This document shows, in pieces, positions 42,601 to 53,134 of a stretch of 64,000 nt of DNA. The translations under genes and the position numbers were made by a program. Origin of the DNA: Laetmonice hystrix (Eukaryota); the NCBI GenBank assembly GCA_965235115.1, contig OZ249442.1, positions 16,678,001 through 16,742,000 on the forward strand, given 5' to 3'. A model generated the notes under the pieces. That model did no database searches, had not been told where the DNA came from, and was given only the letters and a program-made list of their open reading frames with translations. Within the stretch, counting starts at the first letter, position 1. Every line of letters starts with the position of its first letter.

Positions 42601-45600
42601 GATGTTGCGAAGACATTTGTCTAGGATTGCGAATCATAGTGATTTCTATAATGAATTCTTTGTTTGCAGGGAGGAAGAGCTGACCCCATTCGATTGATAT
42701 GTGGAATCAACTCGACGGAACCGACCGAATCAAAAACAGGAATCTTCTCAAATAAAGTACGTCTCTGTTATCTTAGTTATGGACGGTTCATATATCGCAT
42801 TGCTAATCAACATTAAAAGAGACAGAAATAAAACTTAGTGAACGTTTGTCCTGACATTTTGGAATCCTTTATTTTAGGCGGACATAGACAAAGACTTGTT
42901 TGAAAGCGTCAACAGCTTTGGCTTCCTGTGTTACATCATATTGGCGCGGCTCTTCGATATCGACAGAAAACTGGAGAAGGAAGGTATAGAAAACAACAAA
43001 AGGATAGTTCCACTTTAGACCAAATCAAGAATAGTACGATCTAACTTAAATGGACTCAAAAGTTTTATGAGTTTGGCATTCTTATTTCCTTGTACCAAGA
43101 CAACTCAACTAGGCCTACAGTACAGTACCTTTCATCCGCCGGCAAATGTTGCAAAATAAACCCTCTACTCAGATCTGGGCCCAGCATATCGAAAATTCTC
43201 AACTTGCGTAAAGCTTACTTAAGTAAACAACAGTCTTCTGATTGGCTGGTAAGCTTTACTCAAGTTGACAATTGTCATTACTTGCACTGTTAAATAACGT
43301 CAACCGGTTTCCTTTTCTAACATCATGCGCATGTCTCCCTCATCTTAACTCTCCAGTATTGAAGACGCCAAAAGACAGAATAGCCTTCCGTCACTTCCGG
43401 GACCAGTGTATGTCTGTTGAGGTCATTAAGGACGAATGTATACAGAAGGTTCATTTCCGGGTCAAAGAAAGAGTAGGTTGAATTGTCATTAATTCCGTAA
43501 CAAGGCATCAACAAACTAAGCAGGCTAGAATAAACAATATCACCTGAGATTCATTAGAAGCCTAATTAAGGGTTTGCTATCCACTCAGTTAACTCCCATC
43601 CCTTCATTGGACCCGCCCCTGCTTCACTCCAGCTAAGGGATGACACAGTACATCATCTCCAGAATTTGTGAGTTAATGACAAACGTTTTCTCCTGGGTTT
43701 CCGTTAAATTTTCTCTGGGGTCTCCTCTTCCAGGACCTGCTCCGCGAGGAGGTAAAGGAGGAAGTCAAGTGGAACATTGACCGTACCTCTCCGTCCAACA
43801 AACTGCGTGCCCTGCTCGCCTGGACTAAAGACATTCTCAAGGACATCAGTTATCAGAAGAGAATTCTAAGCAACCCTTTCCCCAAACAGTTAGCCAAGAG
43901 ATGGTGTGTAGCGTTTGCAAGAAGAGTTTTTTTTAAATGGTAACAGGGCGTCGGAAGCGGGATAAGACCAATAATTAGGCCAACTGTTGGCTATGATGAG
44001 GTCATGTTGGCTATTGTTCATGCTGTTTACATGGGTACGTGCCCTAATATATGTGCGTCTCCGTTTCGAACAAACATGCTTATTTTTTATGAAACCGTTT
44101 TCACGTCTCCATTTCCCTATATTTCCATTTCTTGATCGTTTTTTAACTGATTGAATTTGGAAAAGATGGGGAAGCTGACGACTTCAGTTGCATGATGTAT
44201 AGGAAAACTGAATACGATAATGGATGATTGGATCCGCATAACCTGGAAAAGGCCAATGGGGCATAGTATAAAAACACATGGAAACGGCACTTTAACATAC
44301 ATTTCAAGATATGGAACATATGCAGTTGATACGTAATTTCCTGAACTGCTTTGGTTCCATTGAACATAATGTTGAACGGTATACTTTACAACTTTACAGG
44401 GCCATCTGGAACTACGCGTGCATCCTACTGTCCCTGCTCATCCAAGTGATGATGCTCGCCACGTGGTATGCCCCGATGTACTACGCCGACATTCCCACGA
44501 ACGCCACCCAGTTACCACCACAAATGACGCAGTGAGTTGCAAATTCAGTCTTTAGGCGTCATCTGTGACGTCCATGAACGTTGACAGAGCGGTGGGGCGC
44601 CCGGAACCCCATTACCACCTCACTGTCTGTGGATCATGCCCTGATGACGGTCTCCAGGCTCTGAGAGCAGTATTTATGTTTCTGAGATAGAGAGAGACAG
44701 TCAGAGCGAGACAGAGAGAGACAGAAAGAGAGGCAGGGAGAGAGGAGAAGAGAAATGTTAGACCTAAAAAGATCCCTTTCCGGCACGCGAACCTACCTAT
44801 AAAACTGACTGGAGGAAGGAATATCACACATTGTAACCTTAAGTCATTGCTTAAAAATATCTTTACAGACAGACGCCGCGCATTGAGTGGGACTTATTCC
44901 AACTCGTACTTTGGATCGTTGGGGCGTGCCATAACCTCTGTTCGCTCATGTTGTTTATATCCTATCTCCTCCTGAGGCACCCGGCACTTCCCAACGTATC
45001 TGGATTGGGGGACAAGCTACGGTATGTAAATCTAATCTAGCATTAAAAAAAACAACTTAAAAAGAGGTTGATAGAATTATCTACATCAATATCATCTTCT
45101 TTTTTGGGAGGGGTGTTACAAATTGATCAGTGTACTTCTTGTATTTGTGTATAGCAAGTTATGTAAAACGACGACGGAGGAGGAAGATGACCCAGCGCTA
45201 GCAGGTCCTGTCGCCAAAACCGTCAACTCCCGTCTTCAGGCCAAATTGTTCAGCGCCACTACTCTCTACTACTTGGTGCGCACAGTTGGCTTTCTTTCCA
45301 TTCGTCTCTTCACGTATTGTCCCATACAATGACCCTTTCTCTATCCTTTCCCACACCCGCTCCGTTTTCTTGGCACCGATAGGGTTGTCAGGCGTTGTCA
45401 GGCAGCTCAAGAATTGCAGGGTGAGGACACAGTACGCTAAAAGCATGACGATACCGCCTCATGTCGGCGCTCTTTCTCTCTCTGTCCACAGTTACTCATG
45501 GCTCTCTCATTTGCTGGGACATTCTTCTACGGATATTTCTTTGCCTTTCATCTGGTAAACATCGTTGCCAATAATGAGCTGTTGAAGGGCGTGATCAAGG

Positions 45601-48373
45601 CGATTACTCAGAATGGTAACACACGTCGCTAAGCGATCTTTGTAGTTTTTGTTTTAAAAGATTTGTTATGTGAAAATGTGGTACAATGTATATACATGTA
45701 ATTCATGGTAACTTAAAACCCAGGAAAATTTGGTCGGAAGTAAATATCTATCCGAGCCTAACCTTATCCCTAACCCCTAACACCGGTCCCTAGACCTCCG
45801 AAAACATATCCCTCTCCCTCTCCCTGACTCAACCCTAACCCAAACGTTTCGTGGCGAAGTTACCATGAATTAATAAAGGAAAATGTGAGTACCACTGAAT
45901 GAGCTTTAAAACGCTAAAAATGAAAATTCCAATTGCATATTGCATGGCTCTATTTAGTTGAAGGTTTGGAACCTTATGCGCCTTAAAGTAACTGCTATTA
46001 CCTTACACATTGTTTTTTAAGGTAAAACATGTCCCGCTAGTTTCTGACGCCTCTAAATGTTGATTACACATTGAACCACCCGCAGGTAAGTCGCTGCTGT
46101 GGGTGATGATAATGGGGCTGATTATCATTTACTTGTACGGCTTGATCGGGTTTGCCTTCCTGCGCCCAATCTTCAATCCAGAGGAGGAGCTTTACTGTAA
46201 CAGTCTGGCCCAGTGCATCGTGACTGTTCTACGGTACGGAGTCGTCGGAGGAATCTCCGAGGTAGGTTGGCCCCCATAATCAGGGCCGGATCCAGGGGGG
46301 GCGTGGGGGGCGTACGCCCCCCTATTTTTGGCAGAGTAATGATTTTTTAGACTGGAATTTTACCAGTATCTTTGCCCCCTGACAGTTCTTTTCTCAGATG
46401 CCGGGAAAATGCATCTGACAAACATGAATTTTCAAATTTTTCGGGGGGAGGTCCCCCAGACCCCCCCTTGGGCTTTGCGCCTTCGGCGCTCGCAATCTTC
46501 TCCAGGGGCTACGCCCCCCCTTTCTAAGAATCCTGGATCCGGCCCTGATAATAGAACGTGTTTAACATTTATAGAAAATACTTAAGTAATGAATGAATGG
46601 ATTGATTAATTAAAAGACGGGTGAAAAGATAAATATTTCTTCCAAAAGGTTTTGAGTAATCGTGTTTCTGCTAGAAGACGACTCATGTATATGTAAGCAC
46701 CTGTCGGTAGTGTCTTGCTAAATGTAGTAAAATTTTGTTATTTAATTCAGAAAATAGTGACTTGTAAGCCCAAGAGGGCTGGGTGAGACTTGTATAGTAC
46801 AATGTTCTGAGAGCGACAGTATACGACAACCTATCTATCTATCTGTATGGTAAGAAACTGTTTGTGGTCCTCCACAGACCTTCAGGATGCACGATCTTCA
46901 GAAAAACTTCCAGACGTTTGGGATGATGACGGTCTATCAACTGACGTTCTTCATTCTCTTCACGACAATCGGTCTCAATATAATCTTTGGTATCATCGTG
47001 GACACCTTCTCCGAGCTGAGGGACCTCAAGGTTTGTCACATGGAGCGATTAAAGCTTTTAGCACGTAAACTGTTCAAAATGTAGACTTTATTCTGAATCA
47101 TACCATGCCTGTTACTGTATACTGACCAATGTTTGTTTTTTCAGTGGATGGCCGAGAAGGACATGAGAGACACATGTTTCATCTGTAGTCGGGACAGCTA
47201 CGATTTTGAACATGAAGGCCTGGTACTTCTGAAACATATTTTTTACAGAAGTCTGTGGAGAACTGGTGTTGTTTTAAAGGGGCATGATATACAAATGTAT
47301 TTATAGACGTACACAAACTATTTATAGATGTTCGTCACAGGCTCCAGCGAGCATTTATTATGTGTTCATTTATTATGTGGCAGGGGTTCATCTACCACGT
47401 ACAACAGGAGCACAATATGTGGGCTTACGTCTTCTACTTTCTCTACCTAAGTCAAGTCAAGCCCAACGATTACACATCAATTGAAAAACACGTGGCCACC
47501 CTGGTAGGATATGAGTAAATGTATTACATTTCGTGGGAGCAACTTATTACCTCGGATTAATTATTTTGAAAGATGGCACATCAGAGTTCTCTGTAGGGTG
47601 TTGTCTCGTAAAATGAACGTTCGTAAAAGGGGGGGGATTAAAAGTTGTGTGAGTCAAACCCCCACCCTGTCCGTCCACGCCCCAATACAAAAAAAAACGG
47701 AACTACGAGCTCTTCCAGAAGAAGTCGGAATATACATGTAAAAAAATTCTCTTATTTGCAGTTGAAGCGGAAGAACTTTTCCACTTGAATACCGAATGGT
47801 ACATTTTGCTATAGGTCTATACTATAAATTCACCCCTTACCTTCTAGTTGAAGCAGGACAAGCTGGACTTCTTTCCACTAAATCGAGCGCTGTGTCTATC
47901 GTATGTCAATGACAGTAGTCAGGACTCACAACTCAACAACCTCATGCAAACTTTGCAGGCCATTAAGTCCAAACAGGACGAGGACGTAAGTCAAAACTTA
48001 GATACATTTGAGGTTGTTTTGCTGATGTGCGAGTAAACTACTGGGCTAGCCTCTAGCTCAGAACACTCAACATGTGATTAATGATTCTTTAATGCCGGGA
48101 CCTGTGAACCATTAAAGAGGATTGTTTTTAAAACAAGCATTCCCAGAGATCCATCAAATCGACGTCATCTCTTTTCGAACAGTTGACAGTCGGAAGGAGG
48201 TAATCTTCAGAAATTTTCTCTCTCGACTGCAGGAGCAGAGAAGAAGCCGCGAGGCCGAGCGACAACGTCAGGCAGTGTGGCAGGAACAGTTCCGGTTCCT
48301 CCACAAAACGCGCTCGTCCTCCCTGAGAACCGAAGACGCGTTGAGCAGCCACGACGGCGAGTCAACAGCCTAG
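12645..48373 (+). CDS. ITPR: Inositol 1,4,5-trisphosphate receptor-like Ca2+-release channel (divergent ITPR/RyR superfamily member), 68 coding exons, 7659 nt, ~2552 aa
   Basis: Manual splice, all GT-AG, phases continuous from ATG to TAG. Exons: 12645-12727,13792-13865,16291-16415,16603-16689,18557-18634,18978-19058,19260-19357,19849-19936,20351-20438,20765-21018,21562-21646,22946-23031,24310-24435,24743-24796,25053-25133,25940-26014,26310-26423,26621-26743,26882-26986,27175-27285,27528-27605,27984-28116,29192-29301,29442-29558,29646-29781,30774-30873,31122-31176,31521-31630,31806-31899,32194-32301,32475-32611,32728-32795,32961-33016,33596-33757,34185-34292,34519-34649,35250-35334,35948-36135,36506-36607,36996-37089,37296-37382,37624-37728,38161-38299,38486-38618,38861-39007,39171-39327,39480-39577,39895-40006,40209-40331,40636-40785,40979-41128,41652-41753,41891-41974,42283-42351,42670-42756,42878-42983,43357-43472,43734-43903,44400-44531,44869-45021,45155-45275,45492-45615,46086-46261,46878-47030,47145-47222,47384-47503,47848-47985,48233-48373. 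Hallmarks: N-terminal MCMGDFICLY and QNRYK (suppressor domain); MIR motifs VVRLFHKDLEAFL and IRFRHMTTRRYL; KDRQKLLR; RIH/armadillo LATCAEGE and NEICQG; S6 LNIIFGIIVDTFSELRD; C2H2 zinc motif CFIC...HVQQEHNMWAY; C-terminal coiled coil. Confidence 0.93.
13012..13149. other. Assembly gap (138 N) in ITPR-like intron 1
   Basis: Run of N. Confidence 1.
14016..14965. mobile_element. PIF/Harbinger-type MITE with inverted arrays of 21-nt subterminal repeats
   Basis: TAA|GGGCCATGGC...AAAAAAAATCACAAAAAAGT(C/A)TAACCCGTAC termini ending GCCATGGCCC|TAA, i.e. a 3-bp TAA TSD. Internal ACCCGTACGTACGACTTAGTA repeats switch orientation at a hairpin centre near 14723. Confidence 0.8.
14058..14504. mobile_element. 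Nested 447-bp MITE with CAG(G/T)GGCGGATCCAG-type TIRs and a 5-bp TSD
   Basis: CCGTA|CAGGGGCGGATCCAG ... CTGGATCCGCCAGTG|CCGTA, inserted into the first 21-nt repeat of the outer element. Confidence 0.8.
17041..18544. repeat. Minisatellite, 46-nt unit (50 nt where CATG is duplicated), ~32 copies, ITPR-like intron 4
   Basis: Unit AGAGACACTCTCTGGCAGCACCACCAGTGTCCTCATGATTTACGTT, head-to-tail with no spacers; ends 12 nt before the exon 5 acceptor. Confidence 0.97.
18668..18881. mobile_element. Degenerate MITE of the CAGTGG..GATCCAG family
   Basis: CAGTGGACGATCCAGG ... CTGGATCCCCCAGTA, flanked on both sides by TGATGA. Confidence 0.5.
23300..23910 (-). mobile_element. Decayed non-LTR retrotransposon (CR1/L2-group-like) reverse transcriptase fragment
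   Basis: Across frameshifts and stops the minus strand gives ILPLLSKLLEK...YQFGF*ASHSTELAL, GIFLDFSKAFDTVN..LLNKLYHYGIRG, TGVPQGLILGPLMFLICID and LIMFADNS, which are LINE RT motifs. Confidence 0.88.
28130..29070. repeat. Minisatellite, ~44-46-nt unit, ~20 copies, ITPR-like intron 22
   Basis: Unit TACCTGTCTGGTTATCTTAGAAACACTTGTGAAACAGGTCTTTATA with variants; starts ~15 nt after the donor at 28117. Confidence 0.97.
29747..30600. repeat. Minisatellite (12 x 43 nt plus ~7 diverged ~45-nt units) made from the 3' end of exon 25 and its donor site
   Basis: Unit CAGGGATGTCCCCTTCCCACCGGACAAGGGCACA(G/T)GTAGGCTC; unit 1 overlaps the coding sequence and the real donor at 29782. Confidence 0.96.
33252..33601. 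repeat. Tandem repeat 5 x 70 nt containing the exon 34 acceptor site
   Basis: Unit TGTGTTTGGGGACCTGCTCCCATCCCCTATGATGTATCATTTCCCCTGTCAATGCTGTCCCCAG|GATCAG; the last copy holds the functional acceptor (exon starts at 33596). Confidence 0.97.
35519..35709. mobile_element. MITE with ACAGTGGCGG TIRs
   Basis: ACATAA|ACAGTGGCGGCTCCAG ... CTGGCGCCGCCACTGT|ACATAA (direct-repeat flanks). Confidence 0.65.
38349..38498. repeat. 31-nt tandem repeat x~5 overlapping the exon 44 acceptor
   Basis: Unit TATTGATTTCCA(A/G)CTTATCTTTCCAATTTTG; the last copy supplies ttccag|CTTATC (exon starts at 38486). Confidence 0.9.
45701..45870. mobile_element. 170-bp MITE with 14-bp TIR, TA flanks and internal CCCTAACC motifs
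   Basis: TA|ATTCATGGTAACTT ... AAGTTACCATGAAT|TA; internal CCTAACC/CCCTAACCC motifs. Confidence 0.6.
46281..46547. mobile_element. 267-bp MITE with perfect 15-bp TIR and 5-bp TSD
   Basis: ATAAT|CAGGGCCGGATCCAG ... CTGGATCCGGCCCTG|ATAAT; inserted 19 nt after the pore-exon donor. Confidence 0.85.
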
Positions 48374-49142
48374 AGCGGCTGGTCGCATCTCGTCTGCTAA
48401 CTTCTGACGTCATTCGCTGACTGAGCTGTGTCACGTGACTCGCTTGCCTCAGACGTCGTCGGTAGCGTCGCTCTACGTTTTATTACGTGTCACTGGACCA
48501 GTGACACTGGTTCAGTGTCACTTTATACTCTTACATCTTAATAGATTCTCTAAAGGTTAAAATAATAATAAGAAAATTTCAGGAGATTGATATTTAGGGG
48601 AAAGGTATTTAGGTACATAAAATTCAATGTACGGATCAAAATACGTCAGGAAAGGCCACTTGCAAAACACGTGTAATACTGACATATTAAATCCAATACA
48701 ATTCGCTTGAAATTTATACAAATTAATGGACTGCTTAGGTAAGCGGATTGCGTGAGACTGAATAGGTTAGTGTATGATACACATATAATTGACGAACACC
48801 ACGCATGCGCGGCTTTCCACAGACAAACAAGGAGGAATCCTGCTTGGTTGGCAGCCTGGCTACGATCTGCCTAGCGTTTATTCTGAAGTATTAAAGTACA
48901 ATGTATGTACTGATCGGAACCCGGCCAGCCAGCTTCTCCACTCCAGGTGGTGGTGCTGGGGACTTCATTATTGGCGTTATCTGCCACATCGCGCAATGCG
49001 TTGATGGTTTAATTATTATAAATACAAATGTATACATCAAATTATTATTCCCGTTTTTACCCTCTGTATTCTCCAACGTGGTTCACGGTCCTGTTTGAGT
49101 GTTCAGTTCAAACAGCTGATTTCTTATCTAATTCATTCTACA

Positions 49143-52100
49143 TTAGTTATGTTTTCCGTTCTGAAAATGTATATGACAGTTACAGTTGGCGCTAGAGCTG
49201 CCAAGACTCAGCACGGGCTTTGGGTCATCCGAGGCATCCGGGCGGTACATGGTTTTCGCCGGTAGAGGGCGTCCGAGGTGTTGACCAATAGAAAGTCCAA
49301 CGTTACGCGGGACAGAATCGAGCACCTCACGTCGCAATGTGAAACCTTTCATTTCGTCGTCTGGATCCATGGGTCGGTATGCCGACATTGGGGCAAAGAT
49401 CAATGGATCTTCATGAACGAGAGTCTGAAGTCGCCGTTCCCATTTCTAGTTCAGACCACGAAATGAAAGAGACGATCGTCTGTATATTTTCATGTAGGAT
49501 GCGAGCATTATAAGGCCTAAATATAAAAAATACAAGGACAAGTTATCAGGCATCTTTTGACGTCTTACCTCCAGGATTCGTTTGCAGTCGGCGGGTTTGG
49601 CAAAGTCCATGCCAAAGGCGATATGAGGCGACAGGACGTCAAATCCCACGAAATGTAGAATATTGTTCTGCAACGTTGAATTATTCACAGCTTTACAGAA
49701 ATATGCATACTGTATCTTAGTTTTATTATTAGTCTCAGGCGCAGATCATTGAAGTTACTTACAAAATGAAATACATCATTATAATTCTTTGCTTTCAATC
49801 ATTTGATATATTTTGCCGCAGGATTGAGATTTAAGAAGGGTATTGAATGAACTTTCGGGCATTGAATAAATTTCTCCGTAAAGTCACATTTTTAGAGTGT
49901 AAATATCATTATCGATGATGAAGTTTCCAACCTGTAGAGGCCAGAGAGAGACCTCGATATCTCCATTTGGCCCCGACTCCGTGTACCACCCCAACGGGCC
50001 GCCCATCGTCGTCGAGAGCATTGCTCTCTTACCCTATGCGTCAAACAAAACATGTAAAGACGTAACATCTTGCTTTTGTTTTAAAGACTGAGATTACATT
50101 GGTACCAGACATGACACCTTGGTGGGAGAGGAGGGGTTGGGTTCGGTCCTCAACGGTGCAAACGATGAATATTCAGAGGGGCCTTCAAAAATAATCCTAT
50201 CAAATATCGGATTTATACTTGTAATACACATCCAAAGGCCTGAGGAAACCTTTTTCTGATCTATTAGAATGTTACATCGTTCCGGTGACACTTTCATTGT
50301 GCGAATCACGTAGCGTTGTTGCCATGGAAACCAAGGACTGATTGAACGTTATGAAACGCCGCATGAAATATTTCTGCCATGACCAACCAATTCCAGTTTA
50401 ATCGGACTACCTTGAAATGCCCCTTGTCGAACATGTTGTCGGGACCGAAAGCGAAGCCTTGCATGAAGACGCGGTCAATCCAACCCTTGAGGATGGCGGG
50501 GAACCCCATCCAGTACAGAGGAAACTGGAAAATGACCAAGTCGGCGTCCTCCAGTTTCTTCTGTTCCTCCAGGATGTCCGGCGCCACTCGACCCTGCTTC
50601 CATGATATTCGAGTCTCCTGACTGTAACGGAAGTTGGCCGCGTCATTCGGTTCGCCTTCAAACAAATGTTGAACGAATATGTTAAAAGTGACCATAAAAA
50701 GATATAAAAGAAGCAAAGCGGAACATCTTAAAAAGAAAAGCTTCGTAGTCATTTTGATGGAAAGCAGTAAACACCTCTGTTTCCTGGGCCCAGTTTTTTT
50801 GTTTACTTTTCCACCGTGAGCAAGGGTGAGCTGAGCTGAGCAAGGGTGAGCATGAGCTCATTCTCACCGTTTTCGTGGTTTTTTGGTTTGCTTTTTCCCA
50901 TAAGGCGTGCTCATGGTGAGCAAGCTCGCGGAAAAACACCCGAAAAAACGAAAACAGTGAGCAAAACGGTGAGCATGCGCTTCTGCTCACCCTTGCTCAG
51001 CTCAGCTCACCCTTGCTCACGGTGGAAAAGTAAACAAAAAAACCGGGCCCTGGTAGTCGCAAGCATTAGTCAGTTGTCCAGACATCCACCATTGCAACAG
51101 AAAGGAGTGTAGGTGACTCGTTTTTGATTTTCTTAATATATTTTGGGCAAAGGGACATCCTATATACCGTCACTTAGCCGTTTCCTTCATTTTGGGGGTT
51201 GAAGTGTCACTTTTACCGCAACCTCCAAAAGGGTTAGCCGATGCATGTAACTGGTTGCAATACAGTTATATACTATGTCTAAAGCAGGGCTAAATTGAAG
51301 GTGGTGCATACAGGCTTGAGTGACATTATCAACGTGAAAGGTCCCAATTTGAATGGACCATAACCAACATCCAACAATATATCGGCCTCTTTTGCTGGAT
51401 GGCAGGGAAGACCGATTCGACTGCCTGGAAATCGTTACCCATGCAGTTCCATGATCCAATTGGTGAGGTCCATGCATATTTGGCCTCACTTTGAACACAT
51501 TTTGTCGGGGGCCTGTCCGGGGCAGGCAGTGGGATGACGTCGCAGAAATATTGACGTCCATGGTCAGAGGAAATCCTAGCACCATGCACTCCGCTCAGGC
51601 GACCCGCGGCATCATGTACAACCTGGCCATAGATTAAAATGGCAGTGGGCAACTATGTAGTGAACCTGTTGCATCTATCACGGCAACACGAGAGACAATT
51701 GTAGAAACATCTGTAATGACACCTGATCTTTTCATTCGTCTACAAATAATATTTCATGCAATGTCCACCAGTTGTACACATACTAACGACACCAACCCAG
51801 CTCGTGGTGCGGAGATCGACCGGTTGTGGACTTTAGACGTAGTAGGCCTATCCAAATACACCTATGCACCCAGTGTAAAGACATAATAATAATTCAGCGT
51901 ATGATATTGTTAAAGTAACTGTTTCCTTTGAACTGAGGCCAGAAAATCACATAGGCAAAATAGGCCTTCTTTCAAGACAGCTAGCCTAAACGTTTCAGTG
52001 TGGTCTATACCGCATGCACTGAAACATAAAACCCTGGGCAATGACCTTGCAGTATCGATGTAAATGCAGAGAGACCAGAGACTGTCAGGACGAACGCCGG

Positions 52101-52298
52101 AGTAGAGCAGCCTTAATTTCAGCCGTCTGTACCTGTGATGTCGTGTCTTCCGAGAACCGGGTTGAATCGCATGGCGTACAGGTCCGACACGACGACATTG
52201 TGACCTTGCCCGTTGAGGGTACGAACTGTCAACTCGTTGATGGCGCTGTTGAGAGATGTCTTCTCCGAGTGGGCAAATATGACGAGTACATTCACCAT
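49143..52298 (-). CDS. NQO1: NAD(P)H:quinone oxidoreductase (NQO1/NQO2 family flavodoxin-fold reductase), 304 aa
   Basis: Exons 52298-52133, 50655-50411, 50033-49932, 49667-49569, 49445-49143(TAA); 915 nt in frame. MVNVLVIFAHSEKTSLN..VSDLYAMRFNP; DADLVIFQFPLYWMGFPAILKGWIDRVF; GKRAMLSTTMGG..NGDIEVSLWPLQNNILHFVGFDVLSP; NQO1-type tail GLSIGQHLGRPLP. Orthology to NQO1 versus NQO2 is uncertain. Confidence 0.93.
50787..51049. mobile_element. PIF/Harbinger-type MITE (263 bp) in NQO intron 1
   Basis: CTG|GGCCCAGTTTTTTTGTTTACTTTTCCACCGTGAGCAAGGGTGAGC... mirrored at the right end as ...AAACCGGGCC|CTG; TIR ~65 bp, 3-bp CTG TSD. Confidence 0.8.
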
Positions 52299-53134
52299 GG
52301 TCTACGCAGATCTAGTCACCCACCGCCTGCCAAACGATGAACGCCACGTTTCAAACTGGCGCAGTGAACGACAACGGCGTCAACGACACATATAACTTTG
52401 ATGGCACAGGGCCGTATCGGGGGGGGGGGGGGGGGGGGGGGGGGTGTCTGTAACCCTCCTTGGGTCCAGCCTTAAAAATAATTTATCGATTTATCGATTT
52501 TTGTGAAATAGGCCTATCTAACCTTTACCGGAACAGCACCAGTGACCTGAAACCATCACTAGGGACCGTGTAGGAACGATATGTGTGTCAGGGCCTCCAA
52601 CTGTATGTCCGATTCGTCTGCATGGTCCTGATTCCTAGACTACTAGATCTAAGTCTAAAAAATAATCTTAACATGGCAATCGTCTTCAAGGCAGCGACAC
52701 GCTTTTATTGCATCCCCTTCAAATTCCTCCTGTGGGTAAAAGCGACTGTCTTTTGCAAACCCATTGCACCAGTGGCCATGACAATCGACAATAGTTATAG
52801 GCGGTTAGACGCCAGTGTATAGCATTTATCAGTGAAGACGTCATAGGTAGGACAACCACTGTTATTCACCTGTACTGTCTGTCCTACTTTGTACTATTTT
52901 TAGTAATTTTAGCCTCTGCTGATCAGTGCTATTGATAATACCGATAAAGGTTCTACTGACATCTACCGGGAGAGACTGGTACTTCGTAGGTAAGTAAGTA
53001 GGCCTACATGTAGGCCTACTATAATTATATCAGGTTTGAATCGTTGGTAATAAACCGTAAATACAGTTCTGGTGCAGGCCAATGCCTGCCATCCTTCATT
53101 GTGATTTCAAGTTGAAGGCTATAGGCCTAAGTCG

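Noticed and set aside
51799-51850. Possible tRNA- or SINE-like GC-rich segment
   Set aside because: I could not fold a cloverleaf or find convincing A and B boxes.
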